DNA of 64,000 nucleotides from contig JAITFI010000101.1 in the NCBI GenBank assembly GCA_031281485.1, positions 2,373-66,372 on the forward strand, in the 5' to 3' direction. The DNA comes from Chitinispirillales bacterium (lineage in GTDB: Bacteria > Fibrobacterota > Chitinivibrionia > Chitinivibrionales > Chitinispirillaceae). Position 1 is the stretch's first letter, and each line of letters opens with the position of its first letter. The translations under genes and the position numbers were made by a program. Positions 16,039 through 25,772 of this stretch are shown piece after piece. The notes beneath the pieces are model-generated. The model saw only the letters and a program-made list of their open reading frames with translations. It searched no databases and was not told the DNA's origin.

Positions 16039-16699
16039 CTAATCCCCACTCCAGCTCCAGCCCGACGTCCGTTAAAACGACCCTGTTGACGTTATTACGC
16101 ATGAAGCCGAGCTTGTACAAACGCCTCAACGCCGCCTCAGTCCTTTTTTTTGACTCCCCGACATCTTTGGCGAATTCTTCAAACCGCACCGGGAAGTAAT
16201 CAGTCCAATAACAACGCAAAAACATCACCTTGCGCCATATTTTTTCAAAAGCTCGCCTCTGCTTCAACTCGTTTTCAGCGTCCTCCGCAACCCCCATAGC
16301 TTGCCGCAATCGCGCACCCCATTCGCCCAATTCGCTGTGAACCATCCATACAAACTTTTTACTTTTGCCATCAGCTGACGTATAACAAGTCTTAAACATC
16401 CTGTTAAATTCGCCGTCCTCGTTATTATATAGTGCCTCAACAACCCGCAAAAGCGCCTCAGCCTCGCTTATGGACAGAGTGACACGAACATACGTATAAC
16501 GTTTGTGCGCTTCCTCAGCCGCACAATCTAAAGCGCTGTACACCCTCCGCAGAGCAAGATTATTCACCCCCTCAATCTTAAAAGCGTCCTGACTGGCAGC
16601 CTGAACTGCCAGTGCAAGCCTGCAATCGCAGGCGTCCACGTCCACAGAGACTGTTTTTTCTGTTACAGCAGTTTCTGTTACAGCGGTTTTGTCACTCAT
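16028..16699 (-). CDS. Hypothetical phage early protein
   Basis: 223-aa ORF with protein-like composition. The C-terminus (KRTEAALRRLYKLGFMR) suggests a winged-helix. Confidence 0.55.
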   Translation of the reverse strand: MSDKTAVTETAVTEKTVSVDVDACDCRLALAVQAASQDAFKIEGVNNLALRRVYSALDCAAEEAHKRYTYVRVTLSISEAEALLRVVEALYNNEDGEFNRMFKTCYTSADGKSKKFVWMVHSELGEWGARLRQAMGVAEDAENELKQRRAFEKIWRKVMFLRCYWTDYFPVRFEEFAKDVGESKKRTEAALRRLYKLGFMRNNVNRVVLTDVGLELEWGLERG

Positions 16700-17038
16700 A
16701 CTACCCTCCCTTTGTTTTGAATTAGTTTATGGCCGCCTACGACTCCCGCGTCCTTTTCATTAAATCTAATCGCTTTCGTGTAAAATTCCAAAAAAATTTT
16801 ACGGCCTAAAAACACCCCGCACAGTACGGATTTCAGCGGCGAAAATTCCGCATAAATCGGAAACTTCGCCCAAAAAGTTATCAAACTCCGACCAAAATCC
16901 TCAAAAAACAACCTCCGAATCCGCGGCATCCGATGTCTAATAAGTTTTGCCGTCAATTTGTGTCGAAAACCCGCCTCCGCCCGATACCCTCCGAATCCGT
17001 GACAGGCGTCGTCTGCGGGAGTTTTGCGGCATTCTTGT

Positions 17039-17113
17039 CCACGTCGGAACAAGGGCGTCGTTTACCCCCATCTTTCGGACAGGGGTAAAAAAGCCGTATT
17101 TTTACCCTCGTCC
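17039..17113. repeat. Structured ~75-bp repeat, copy 2
   Basis: Paralog of 15967-16038. It lies immediately 3' of the 17114-17563 gene. Confidence 0.8.
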
Positions 17114-17563
17114 TCAGTCCCCCGCAAACTCCAACCCGAAAGTTGTCATCAGGCGGTCGATCTCCCAGGCGTATTCGTCGCGTTCGTCCCTCGAAAGAGC
17201 GTGCCCGACGACGCAGGCGACAATCCCATTGGCCTCTTGTTCAAAGAACACGTTTTGGATCCCGTAGTACGTCTCGCCGTCCTCATCGTCCTTGTGAGAC
17301 GACGCGCACGCCGTCGATGAACGGCACAACCTCGTCAAAGCCTTCTGAGCTTCCTCTTCGGGTATCGCAAGGACTTTGGCAAGGTCTGCCGCCGTCAACA
17401 AGTGGCCTTTGTGGGCGTACAGATGCCAAAACGCCCGTTGAACGTTTTCATCGTCCGTCATGGGGGCGACCGCGCATACGTATCTGACGTCCGTAATCGA
17501 GCGGACTTCGTCTTTCGGCACGAACTGCAAGCGCCAATTTTTCCTGATTTCGTTGAATTTCAT
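17114..17563 (-). CDS. Hypothetical phage early protein
   Basis: 149-aa ORF. The start overlaps the upstream gene's stop by 4 nt. Confidence 0.55.
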   Translation of the reverse strand: MKFNEIRKNWRLQFVPKDEVRSITDVRYVCAVAPMTDDENVQRAFWHLYAHKGHLLTAADLAKVLAIPEEEAQKALTRLCRSSTACASSHKDDEDGETYYGIQNVFFEQEANGIVACVVGHALSRDERDEYAWEIDRLMTTFGLEFAGD

Positions 17564-18519
17564 AATACGGCTCCTTTGTTTATTGTTTGAATTATCCCTG
17601 TCTTACAGAGTTTTTCCAAAATGCGTGCGCCTCCGCGTTCCGTTATTGCTGAGGTGTAATGATTTACTTTGATCTCGCCTCTTTGGTACGGCCTATTAAT
17701 TTCAATCAGATACCCTGCCTCTTGCGCATAGTCGGTAGGTCGGTTTCGAGCGCCATGGTTCTTCCTGACCCACCCCCATTCACGAAGATGGTCAAACAGT
17801 TGGATCGGCCCGATGTACTTGTTCAGCCGATGGGCATTGACAAACGTCTCGATGTCCAAGGCGCCTTCTGTTGAGTCCTTCTTCATAATTAGATTAAACG
17901 CCTTGACTTTAGGAGCGTATTTTGTAGTTATCTCGTTCGCCGCCCGTCTCATCAACGCATTTTTCCTGCCTATCGCGTCCTGTTGGGCATCCACTTTGGC
18001 TTCCAGTTCGATGTTTCGGTCGATCTGCGCAAGCAAGTGAACCACCGCCTCCCGATAATTGGTGGGAAGGGCGGGTTGCGCTAACTGCTTGCGGTATGCT
18101 TTCTCGGCGGCGATGAAATACTTCCGAATCCGACGCCCCGTCTCTGTCTGTTCCATCATGCAGACTTCTTTGGCGGCATCCACGGTGAACCAGTAGTCCT
18201 TAGTAGGGCGGCCTCCTAGTTTCCCCCCGATTGGGGGAAAACCCTCTGGGACGTCGGAATCGCCGTTTTCGGTGTCAGATACCGCTACAGAGTTATTGAC
18301 AATCTTGTCAAAAACCCCAAAATCATCGTTTTCCGTGAAATCGGCGGTCTTAACCTTAAACCACGAGCTGAAGTCTTTTTTCGACCCCAAAGCCGACCAC
18401 AACGTCCTGGCGTCGACCTTGCCGACGTCATCAGCCGTCCAATCGATGGGAATAATTTCTGCGGAACCTCCTCCGCTGAGTGCGGAGACTTCTGTTACTG
18501 CTCCGGTAGGCGCAATCAT
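17560..18519 (-). CDS. Phage antirepressor (AntA-like N-terminal domain + KilA-C-like C-terminal domain)
   Basis: Start MIAPTG with AAGGGAGGG SD. GGRPTKDYWFTVDAAKEVCMMEQTETGRRIRKYFI is AntA-like. The C-terminal half resembles KilAC antirepressor domains. Confidence 0.7.
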   Translation of the reverse strand: MIAPTGAVTEVSALSGGGSAEIIPIDWTADDVGKVDARTLWSALGSKKDFSSWFKVKTADFTENDDFGVFDKIVNNSVAVSDTENGDSDVPEGFPPIGGKLGGRPTKDYWFTVDAAKEVCMMEQTETGRRIRKYFIAAEKAYRKQLAQPALPTNYREAVVHLLAQIDRNIELEAKVDAQQDAIGRKNALMRRAANEITTKYAPKVKAFNLIMKKDSTEGALDIETFVNAHRLNKYIGPIQLFDHLREWGWVRKNHGARNRPTDYAQEAGYLIEINRPYQRGEIKVNHYTSAITERGGARILEKLCKTGIIQTINKGAVL

Positions 18520-18779
18520 GCAACCCTCCCTTGTTGTTGTAGTGGCTCCCTTGTAAAAGTTAGATGGGGCGGCGTGGCACAAGGGAGAAAGCAGCTTCGG
18601 TTTCGATGGCCGAAGCCCCGCACCCATCTACTACAGTACGACACTCAACGACCAAATTTTTAACTAAATCTTTCTTTCGGGGTATTTTCTTCCTATAATA
18701 TACCGCCGTCACCCCGGATACCGCCAAGCCTAAGTTCAACTTAGCCTAATATACCGCAGTCACCACGGATACTCACCGC

Positions 18780-19016
18780 CTACTTGTCCTTTACCGCCAT
18801 CCACTCTCCGACAATGCGTTCGCGTTCTTCTTTAGCTTTCAGCCGCTTGCGTTTAGCGCCTTCGAACAAGTCGGCCAATTCTGCGAACGACCACCAAAGC
18901 CAATAATCATATTTCCAATACGGCACCTTCAAGGCTTCGGCCCACCTAATCACGCCTTCGGTTGTTAGATATTCTAACGTCGGCTTTTTGCCGTTGCGTT
19001 TGTAGCGTGCGCCCAT
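18780..19016 (-). CDS. Hypothetical protein
   Basis: 78-aa Trp-rich ORF on the same strand as the early genes. Confidence 0.45.
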   Translation of the reverse strand: MGARYKRNGKKPTLEYLTTEGVIRWAEALKVPYWKYDYWLWWSFAELADLFEGAKRKRLKAKEERERIVGEWMAVKDK

Positions 19017-19713
19017 GCGCGTCCCCAGTCACGCCAGCGATCCCCCATCGTAGGCTTAGATTTGAGTGAATAGAATTTTTTGAATTTTGCCTACGCCTCG
19101 GAGTTTCCGTGGCGCAGGTCTTTTACTGTGGATCGCCCTTTATCTCGCCTTGATTGGCGAGCTTGAGCGCTATTTTGAAGGTTGGCCGATATGGTACTGG
19201 GTATGCGGCAGGCCTAGCTCACATATCACCCAATAATAACCTATATATACAATATAATAAATTCCCGTCCAAAATGCAACTCTTTTTTTAACTTTTTTAT
19301 CTGCCGATAGCCAAAATAATCTAAAGCTAACTCTATTCGACATTGACGGCGGAGGAATTGCCCCTAAAGCCTTCGCAACCTGTCGTTTATTACTAGATTT
19401 CGGGGTATTGATTGCCAGGGGTCGATGCGTTACCTTTAGTGTAAGGCCAACGGGCAAACGCGACCGCTCAAATTTGAGCGTTGGGGTCGGCACGGTGGCG
19501 GTGAGGTCGACGGTGAAGTTGACGGACGGGTCATAAGGGGTCGGAAAGTCTACAGTGGCAACACGCTGTGACCGATTTGCCAACCTCGCCGCATAAAAGT
19601 GTGGCTTTTGAGCTAAAGTGAATAACTCGTCAATAACTCGAAGATGACGCCCAGTTCCCTGTCCCGCCTTCGTGCAGGGAACTGGAGGTTGGAAAACTCT
19701 GGAGATTGGGAAA

Positions 19714-19869
19714 ATGATTACGAAACTCGCAAAGTACGCTGACCTTTTGTTGTTGGTATCAGGAGTCGTCCTCCTGACCGTCGGCTTGATCCGCGTAGGT
19801 CTTACGGGGCTGTTGATCGGAGGCGGGGTCGCCTTGGTCGTCCTCGGCGTATACAAGGGGCGCGGCTAA
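19714..19869 (+). CDS. Small two-TM membrane protein (holin-like candidate)
   Basis: 51 aa from MITKLAKY. Two hydrophobic helices. First gene of the plus-strand block, two genes upstream of the endolysin. Confidence 0.45.
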   Translation: MITKLAKYADLLLLVSGVVLLTVGLIRVGLTGLLIGGGVALVVLGVYKGRG

Positions 19870-19870
19870 A

Positions 19871-20038
19871 ATGCCCCAGGCAATCGTTGACGAGTTGTTG
19901 GAAGAGATTAGAGACATTCAGATCTCTTTAAACAAGGATCATATAAACAGAGACGGCCTCTTGTTGGACATAAATCAGAGGCTTATCGGCTTGGAAAAGA
20001 AATTGATTAATCTCAGCAAAATGGCGGGGGAACAATGA
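19871..20038 (+). CDS. Hypothetical coiled-coil protein (55 aa)
   Basis: MPQAIVDELLEEIRD... Below the ORF-track cutoff. Its stop overlaps the endolysin ATG as ATGA. Confidence 0.45.
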   Translation: MPQAIVDELLEEIRDIQISLNKDHINRDGLLLDINQRLIGLEKKLINLSKMAGEQ

Positions 20039-20481
20039 GTGCCTCGGTATCAAATAAGGTCAATTTAAGTCTGCTTCACCCCTCGACCCGAAACAAGGTC
20101 AGCCGTCTTATGGACTTGTGCAGAGACCGCGATGACCTGCCCTTGTTAATCACTGCAGGATTTCGTAGCCGAGAGGAACAAGACGCGCTTTATTCGCTCG
20201 GCAGAACCGAACCTGGGAAAATCGTCACAAAGGCAAAGGGCAGTGAGTACGCCAGCCCGCATCAGTGGGCAATAGCAGTCGATTTTTGTAGCGCTAAGGA
20301 CGGCTACAACAACGAGGCATTCTTTATGACCGTAGCGGAACTTGCGGAGTCGGTCGGCTTTGAAGCTGGGGCTAGGTGGGTTAATTTTCGAGACCTGCCA
20401 CACTTGCAGGATGCTGACTTTAAGGTTGCAGACCTAAAAAAACAGTACGGTACTTTAGAAAAATTCTTAGCGACTTGGTAA
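20035..20481 (+). CDS. Peptidase M15 (VanY/L-Ala-D-Glu peptidase-like) endolysin
   Basis: 148 aa. FRSREEQDALY, SPHQWAIAVDF and DLPHLQ match the zinc-ligand layout of M15 cell-wall peptidases. Confidence 0.75.
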   Translation: MSASVSNKVNLSLLHPSTRNKVSRLMDLCRDRDDLPLLITAGFRSREEQDALYSLGRTEPGKIVTKAKGSEYASPHQWAIAVDFCSAKDGYNNEAFFMTVAELAESVGFEAGARWVNFRDLPHLQDADFKVADLKKQYGTLEKFLATW

Positions 20482-20493
20482 TAGGAGATAAAA

Positions 20494-21573
20494 ATGGCTG
20501 ATTTGAAGCTAAGGTCTAATGCGGACGGTTTCGTGTCGGATGACGGTACGGTGCGTGTCCGTTACGAAAACGAAGATGAGGCCTTCGTTGTTACGGGCTT
20601 GTCGAGCGGCGGCGGTTCGGGAGGCGGTAGTGGGGGTAGTGTGAGCATCGCCGACCTTATACCCTACGGGGAATGTACTGATCAGGCTAGCACTGTCGCC
20701 AAAACGGTTAATATTCCAGGGTTTGTGCGGCAGACAGGCTCTATCGTCTGCGTGCGTTTCACGGTTGGCAATAACAACGCTACAAACCCGACGCTAAACG
20801 TCTCTAACACTGGGGCGGCGCAGATACGCCTCGTAGGTTCGACTCTTCGGAACGGTGCCATATCCACAGCCGAGCCTTTGCTTTTCAGATTTGACGGGAC
20901 TTACTGGCAGATGATTACCCGCTCAGTGCCAGTTTATGGGGAAGTTTGCACCTGCACATGCACTACCGCCGCTGGCACAGCAGCAAAAACTGCTACCGCC
21001 AACAACTTTTTTCGCGACGACGGCGTGTTTTTATTCGTGTCTTTCAGCAACATCAACACCGCCGCCTCACCGACGTTAAACGTTAATTCAACTACGGCGT
21101 ACCCCATCCGCTACAACAACGTGGCTGTGACGCCGGGTATGCTCGACGCTGGCAGGCACTTATTCCTATTCTACCTCAATGCCTGGCACCTGATAAACCC
21201 CGTCCTGCCTTCTATCGACGAGACGTACTCAACTACGGAAGTCGACACGGGCAAGAAGTGGGTAGACGGGAAAGCGATTTTTAGGCGTGTATTCACGGGG
21301 ACGATTACGGAGGCGGCGACCGCGCAAAACGACACAACGTTATCAAACCCGTCCATTATAGAGACGATCACGGACTGCGGCGGGTGTTGGTCGTATTCAG
21401 GAAACGCAAGGGCACTAATGCCGTTGGGACAATATTATGATAATGTGGGATCCGTAAGGTCGTCGAGTCTGCGTTTATCGTCTTCGACATCGGATATTAC
21501 GCTGACGACAAAGACATACAGCACAAGAACAGACGCGCCATTTAACGTATGGGTCGAATACACGAAGGTCTAA
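20494..21573 (+). CDS. Tail-fiber-like / receptor-binding protein 1
   Basis: 359 aa. Gly-rich linker, then two copies of an ~85-aa module also present three times in 33730-35841. The C-terminal TGKKWVDGKAIFRRVF domain is typical of fiber tips. Confidence 0.6.
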   Translation: MADLKLRSNADGFVSDDGTVRVRYENEDEAFVVTGLSSGGGSGGGSGGSVSIADLIPYGECTDQASTVAKTVNIPGFVRQTGSIVCVRFTVGNNNATNPTLNVSNTGAAQIRLVGSTLRNGAISTAEPLLFRFDGTYWQMITRSVPVYGEVCTCTCTTAAGTAAKTATANNFFRDDGVFLFVSFSNINTAASPTLNVNSTTAYPIRYNNVAVTPGMLDAGRHLFLFYLNAWHLINPVLPSIDETYSTTEVDTGKKWVDGKAIFRRVFTGTITEAATAQNDTTLSNPSIIETITDCGGCWSYSGNARALMPLGQYYDNVGSVRSSSLRLSSSTSDITLTTKTYSTRTDAPFNVWVEYTKV

Positions 21574-21589
21574 CTAAAAGGAATACTCA

Positions 21590-22900
21590 ATGGGAATCTT
21601 CACGACATTGACGGCGTCCAAACAGACGGAGAAGCGCAGCGCAGGCATCCCCGACTTCCTCATGGGGAACGCTGTGGGGCGTTCAGGCATTGCCGTCAAC
21701 GAGGCGTCTGCCCTCAGCCTCAGCCCTATTTTCAGTGTGTTATCGCGGATCGCAGGCATCATTTCGATGCTACCATTTAAGACATATAAAGGCAACATCG
21801 ATGGTACGCTCTCGCGGGTAGAACACCCTGCCTTGCGGCTATGGATGAAGGATCCAAACGAAAATTTTAATGCCTACCAACTCAAGTATGCTACAGTTTC
21901 CAACCTCTTATTGCATGGTTGTGGAGCGCTTGAAATTGTTTTTGGTAAAAATGGTTTCCCCGAAGCCTTAATTCCGATCCACCCGACAAATATTCAAGTA
22001 GTCAATAATACTCAGGGGAAGATTTCGTACCGTGTAACCAGAGACGGCGGGACACAAGCAGTTTTACAAAACCACCAGTTATTACTTTTTAAATTATTTC
22101 CGAAAAGTGACGGTTCGTGGGTGAGTCCGCTGACGACTCACAGGGCTATCTTTGAAGAGGCGTTAGCCCTACGGGAGTTTAGCTCGACTGTGTTCAGCCA
22201 GGGTTGTAACCCAGCGGGCATCGTCACGAATTTGCCGTCCGATTTGACAGAAGAAAGTAAAACCACCCTCGTAGAATCTTTAAGGCAGTATGAAGGCCTC
22301 AGTCGGTCGCACAAGTTGATGCTACTCGAAGGCGATATGAAATTTGAACGGGTAGCTGCACCGTCAACGGATTTACAATATGTGGAAACTCGCCGTTTTC
22401 AAATCAGCGAATTCGCTAGGTTATACAATGTACCGTTATTTTTACTCGCGGAGACCGAAAAAAGTACGTCGTGGGGGTCTGGATTGGAATCACAAAGTTC
22501 CGGCTTCGTGCAGTATGTCCTTAGCCAGTACCTTGTTAATATAGAGTCCGAGCTGAACAAGAAATTATTCAGTGTCGATGACGATTCTGTGTTCGTAAAG
22601 GCGGTAGTTGACGGCCTATTGCGCGGCAACGTCAAAGACAGAATGGAGGCGTACAAGACGGCGGCTGGCTTGGGGGTTTTAAGCATCAACGAAATCCGCG
22701 ACCTAGAAGAGCGCAACGCCCTCCCTGACAAAAAATTAGGTGAGGCTAGACTCGTACCAGTGAATTACCAGAGCCTTGAGCGCGCCGTGAATGGCACTCC
22801 AAGTAATATAGACTCTACTATACCTGATGATAACGAATCCGACAAGGATTCTGATGACAAAACGGACAAAAAGGAAAGGAATGACGAAGATGTCGACTAA
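21590..22900 (+). CDS. Portal protein (HK97 family)
   Basis: 436 aa with full-length portal-like pattern, directly upstream of the prohead protease and capsid genes. Confidence 0.85.
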   Translation: MGIFTTLTASKQTEKRSAGIPDFLMGNAVGRSGIAVNEASALSLSPIFSVLSRIAGIISMLPFKTYKGNIDGTLSRVEHPALRLWMKDPNENFNAYQLKYATVSNLLLHGCGALEIVFGKNGFPEALIPIHPTNIQVVNNTQGKISYRVTRDGGTQAVLQNHQLLLFKLFPKSDGSWVSPLTTHRAIFEEALALREFSSTVFSQGCNPAGIVTNLPSDLTEESKTTLVESLRQYEGLSRSHKLMLLEGDMKFERVAAPSTDLQYVETRRFQISEFARLYNVPLFLLAETEKSTSWGSGLESQSSGFVQYVLSQYLVNIESELNKKLFSVDDDSVFVKAVVDGLLRGNVKDRMEAYKTAAGLGVLSINEIRDLEERNALPDKKLGEARLVPVNYQSLERAVNGTPSNIDSTIPDDNESDKDSDDKTDKKERNDEDVD

Positions 22901-23678
22901 AAACGAACTGCAAACTAAGAAAGAAGTACGTGCATTCGATTCTCCTGCGATCAAGATGTTGCGGTCGGGGATAGAGGGCGATAAGCAACGCTACGTCGAG
23001 GGCTGTGGGGTCGTCTACAACAGAGAGGTCGAGCTATGGGACTCGTATTTTGAGACGATTGATCGTGGGGCGTTTGACGACTGCCTTAAATCGAATCCCG
23101 TAGTCAAATGTTTCTTTAACCACGACCCGAACTATATACTCTCGACAAATAGATCGATACCTGCTTTGACGCTTACGCAACGTGATGACGGGCTGTATTT
23201 CGCATCGCCGATACCAGACACGACTTACGGTCGCGACCTTGAGACTAATCTGACCTTGAAAAACGTAACTGGCGCGAGTTTCACGTTTATCGTGAACGAG
23301 GACAAGGTCTCCATAGACAAAGCAGGAGCTTATCATCGGACGATTACCAAGTGCACCCTTCTTGAGGTAGGCCCCGTCGTAAATCCCGCATACACGATGA
23401 CGTCTGTCGGCCTCCGTGATAAAGACTCCCTCATCAAGGAAGCGGAGGCGCGGACGAAGGCGTCCGTCGAGCCTGAGACGGCTGTCGAGACGTCTGAACG
23501 CGACAGCACGGCTGAACCTGTCCGAGTTTTGGCGGCTAGGGTGTTGGAGAGCGTGAAGGAAGAGGAGGCGTCGAGACAAGAGGCCGTAGCTGTGTTGGAC
23601 GCCGAACTGCGCCGTCGTCGGGAGAATGAAAATATCTCTCGTAGAAATTTATTAACCCTTTTAGAAATAGAAAACTAA
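22890..23678 (+). CDS. Prohead protease (HK97 family) with C-terminal scaffold-like tail
   Basis: Start MSTKNEL overlapping the portal stop. YFETIDRGAFDDCL, FFNHD and GASFTF motifs. Confidence 0.8.
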   Translation: MSTKNELQTKKEVRAFDSPAIKMLRSGIEGDKQRYVEGCGVVYNREVELWDSYFETIDRGAFDDCLKSNPVVKCFFNHDPNYILSTNRSIPALTLTQRDDGLYFASPIPDTTYGRDLETNLTLKNVTGASFTFIVNEDKVSIDKAGAYHRTITKCTLLEVGPVVNPAYTMTSVGLRDKDSLIKEAEARTKASVEPETAVETSERDSTAEPVRVLAARVLESVKEEEASRQEAVAVLDAELRRRRENENISRRNLLTLLEIEN

Positions 23679-23709
23679 AAAAAACAACCGTATTAAAGGA
23701 GGTATTCCC

Positions 23710-24933
23710 ATGAACGTGGAACAACTTAAAAGAAATCGTAGTTCCATTGTGCAGGAAATGAAGTCTATTCAGGCAGGCGTTGACGCGAGGGGCAGTGATG
23801 CTACGATTACTCCCGAAGAGTTGACGAAATTTCAGGATCTCAGATCCAAGGTCGAAGCGCTCGATAATTCCATCGCGACCGCAGAGTACGTCTCGAAAGT
23901 CGATGCTGAGGTCGCCTTGCGAGCCGACCCTGTTCAAAGTGAGGAGAGGGCGAAGTCTTTCGGCGAGTTCATACAGCGATTCATCCGCGACCCGAACTCT
24001 CCGCGTGTAGATTCTCGCGACATGACCCAGTCGAACCCCCTGCAGAGCGGCCTTGCTGTCCCGCCTGAGTACGAGAACATGATCCGTGCGTTGGATCCCT
24101 CTGAGGCGATTGTGCGTCCTAGGGCGACTGTTATTGCAGGTAGCGGCGCATCCCCTGACGCCACGTTCAAAATTACGGCGTTCAATCAAGGAACCGGGGG
24201 GAATCAGTCGGTCTACGGCGGGGTGACCATGAGTTTTGTCGCAGAGAACGCGACGCGGCCTAACGCTGGGGACATCAAACTTCAGGAAATCTCGCTGGAG
24301 CCGCAGCCGTTGGTTGGGTACATGGACATTAGCAAGCAGCTCCTTGAAAACAGTTCGGCAATCGGCATCTTCGCTGAGAAACAGCTTAAACTTGCTGGAA
24401 TTTCCGTCGAAGAGCGCAGCTTCATCGGAGGCTCAGGAATCGGCGCTCCAACTGGGCTCTTAAATCACCCCTGCGCGGCGGTAGCGGCTAGGACGACCGT
24501 TGGCCAAATCACTTACGACGACATCCTGAACATGGTCTCCAAGTCCTACGGGAATTCCAACGGCTACGTATGGATTGCTTCCCGCACGGCGCAACCGACC
24601 CTCAGCAAGCTCAAGGACACCGCTGGCAACCTGATTTGGAGTTTCAACGGCGCGATAACGGGCGCTCCTCCGACTTTGTATGGCATCCCCGTCTTCTTCA
24701 GCGAACGACTTCCTGCTGTGGGTACGAGCGGAGACTTGATCCTCGCGGATCTCTCGAAGTACATTATCCGCGACGGTTCTAGCCCTCGACTCTTCCTTGA
24801 CCCTTATACTAGGGCGATAAATAATTTCACACGCCTTTATGTGTCTTGGAACGTGGACGCCAAGCCGTGGCTGACGGCTCCCATCACCTGCGAAGACGGC
24901 GTAGCCCGCTCTCCGTTCGTGAACTTGTCGTAA
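23710..24933 (+). CDS. Major capsid protein (HK97 fold family)
   Basis: 407 aa, AAGGAGG SD. N-terminal coiled delta-like domain, then a capsid-like body. Position after the protease. Confidence 0.85.
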   Translation: MNVEQLKRNRSSIVQEMKSIQAGVDARGSDATITPEELTKFQDLRSKVEALDNSIATAEYVSKVDAEVALRADPVQSEERAKSFGEFIQRFIRDPNSPRVDSRDMTQSNPLQSGLAVPPEYENMIRALDPSEAIVRPRATVIAGSGASPDATFKITAFNQGTGGNQSVYGGVTMSFVAENATRPNAGDIKLQEISLEPQPLVGYMDISKQLLENSSAIGIFAEKQLKLAGISVEERSFIGGSGIGAPTGLLNHPCAAVAARTTVGQITYDDILNMVSKSYGNSNGYVWIASRTAQPTLSKLKDTAGNLIWSFNGAITGAPPTLYGIPVFFSERLPAVGTSGDLILADLSKYIIRDGSSPRLFLDPYTRAINNFTRLYVSWNVDAKPWLTAPITCEDGVARSPFVNLS

Positions 24934-25021
24934 TCTTGACGTAGAATAGGCAGGGTGTCGATCAAATCGATACCCTTGCCCACCTTAACCGTAACAAAAG
25001 TACCCTAAAAAAGGAATTACC

Positions 25022-25246
25022 ATGTCAAATAAATATCAAATAGCAAAGACGTTCCGCGACGGGAACACGTGGTACGTCCAAGGTCAAGTCGTAGACCTCG
25101 ATAAAGCGGACGAACTCTTGGCCGCCCGTTGTATTGTGCCGCTTGTAGAGATTTCTCCCAAAAATGAGAAAAAGCACGTCGAGACGGCAGATAAAAAGAA
25201 TGTAGGCGCGGAAACAAGAGACACGAAGCAAAAAGGCGGATTCTAA
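25022..25246 (+). CDS. Hypothetical small head-associated protein
   Basis: 74 aa with a good SD, between the capsid and connector genes. Confidence 0.5.
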   Translation: MSNKYQIAKTFRDGNTWYVQGQVVDLDKADELLAARCIVPLVEISPKNEKKHVETADKKNVGAETRDTKQKGGF

Positions 25247-25762
25247 GTGTCGTACTTCCTCTCATGCGTCGAGCCGCCGACAACGGAGCCTGTCTCTCTT
25301 CAAGATGCGTTGTTGCAATGCCACGCCCTTGAAGGGGTAGAAGACGACTTTTTCTTTTGTAAGATCTCCGCTGGCCGTCGCAAGGTCGAAGATTTTTGTC
25401 ATCGTGCCCTTCTACGGCAGAAGTGGGTGCTGACCTACGACTACGTGTCTTCCGATTTGGTTATTCTGCCGAGGTCGCCTGTGATCTCCATAGAGTCGGT
25501 CAAGGTCGACGGGGAACTGCTCGCCCCTGTTCCCGCCGTCTTGGAAGGCTTACCGTCAAGGATAGACCTTGAAGGACGCGGCGGAGGCAGTCTGCGTGTA
25601 GAATACGTAGCGGGTTACGGCGACGACCCCAGCGACGTGCCTGAGCCGCTGAGAGACGCTATTCTGTTATACGTAGCGTGGTCTTATGAAAATAGAGCCG
25701 CAGAGACGGAAGTGCCCAGCGCCTTCTTTAATCTCTGTCGCCCGTATCAGCTTTGGATTTGA
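25247..25762 (+). CDS. Head-tail connector (gp6-like)
   Basis: 171 aa, GTG start. LRVEYVAGYGDDPSDVPEPLRDAILLYVAWSYENR matches the gp6-like connector C-terminal motif. Confidence 0.75.
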   Translation: MSYFLSCVEPPTTEPVSLQDALLQCHALEGVEDDFFFCKISAGRRKVEDFCHRALLRQKWVLTYDYVSSDLVILPRSPVISIESVKVDGELLAPVPAVLEGLPSRIDLEGRGGGSLRVEYVAGYGDDPSDVPEPLRDAILLYVAWSYENRAAETEVPSAFFNLCRPYQLWI

Positions 25763-25772
25763 GAGGACAAAA

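Noticed and set aside
16696-17052. 118-aa minus-strand ORF between the two structured repeats
   Set aside because: No SD and an odd composition, and it reads through repeat copy 2. It is treated as non-coding cassette DNA, although a small gene cannot be excluded.
19170-19856. 228-aa minus-strand ORF across the early/late switch region
   Set aside because: The N-terminal half is Pro/Thr/Arg-rich and overlaps the plus-strand holin-like gene. No SD. Only the C-terminal hydrophobic tail looks protein-like.
23536-24189. 217-aa and other minus-strand ORFs inside the protease, capsid and tape-measure genes (for example 29972-30739)
   Set aside because: They are antisense to well-supported structural genes, have no SD and have low-complexity translations.
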